A stretch of DNA of 64,000 bases from Candidatus Saccharimonadota bacterium. Its GTDB lineage: Bacteria > Patescibacteriota > Saccharimonadia > CAILAD01 > GCA-016700035. The notes beneath the pieces are model-generated. The model was not told the DNA's origin. It saw only the letters and a program-made list of their open reading frames with translations, and did not search any database. Below, piece after piece: positions 63,923 through 64,000 of this stretch. Within the stretch, counting starts at the first letter, position 1. Each line of letters opens with the position of its first letter. The translations under genes were made by a program, and so were the position numbers. The DNA lies in NCBI GenBank assembly GCA_046350755.1, contig JAXLZV010000001.1, positions 340,790-404,789 of the forward strand, read 5' to 3'.

Positions 63923-64000
63923 GTTTTCATTATATCAGCCAAAGGGTATACTTGAGGCCAATTCAGCAATTTGCCTGAAGCCGCACCTACACACTCTGGA

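Noticed and set aside
1-64000. CRISPR arrays, rRNA genes, IS/transposase genes
   Set aside because: No regularly spaced direct repeats, no rRNA-like conserved stretches and no transposase-like ORFs were seen. The only recombinase is the serine integrase at 21161-22870.

Overview
This 64-kb window looks like a compact, gene-dense bacterial chromosome segment. Both strands are coded, with many 4-nt overlaps, many small membrane proteins, ten tRNAs and no rRNA or CRISPR array. Gene content and style resemble a Patescibacteria/Saccharibacteria-type genome, but that is an inference only.

Recognisable housekeeping genes include:
- glycolysis: ppa, tpiA and pyk at 1.6-5.5 kb, eno and pgk at 25.6-28.4 kb
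- hisS, an ABC-F ATPase, idi, pcm, mntH, HU, YmdB, RNase Y, Nudix, tsaB/tsaE and ruvAB
- a type IV pilus cluster, pilB-pilC-pilA-pilM-pilN-pilO, at 55.1-61.6 kb

The main accessory feature is an AT-rich island of about 11 kb at roughly 11.7-22.9 kb. It is bounded on the right by a large serine recombinase whose 3' end overlaps tRNA-Glu. It carries:
- a single-HKD phospholipase-D-family protein
- an XRE regulator
- a Fic toxin with an upstream antitoxin bearing the SxxxEG motif
- an 863-aa VirD4/TraD-like P-loop ATPase
- a replication-relaxation-like protein
- a complete diversity-generating retroelement (DGR). This has a reverse transcriptase with the IGNLTSQ and YVDDF motifs, a template repeat at 16337-16514, and a variable repeat at 18626-18803 at the 3' end of a C-type-lectin-fold (Fib_succ_major-like) target gene. 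The two repeats differ at adenine-specific positions. A DinJ/YafQ toxin-antitoxin pair sits where an accessory variability determinant (Avd) would normally be.

Other notable items:
- a heliorhodopsin gene at 6770-7549, co-oriented with a histidine kinase, a response regulator and an LTXXQ-motif periplasmic protein
- two otherwise intact genes (a sulfotransferase and a lamin-tail-domain protein) each interrupted by a single in-frame TAG
- several short GC-rich gene islets, some next to tRNA genes
- a 19-nt direct repeat of the tRNA-Pro 3' end
- an enolase with a Pro-rich C-terminal tail, and a PilB with a large low-complexity insertion
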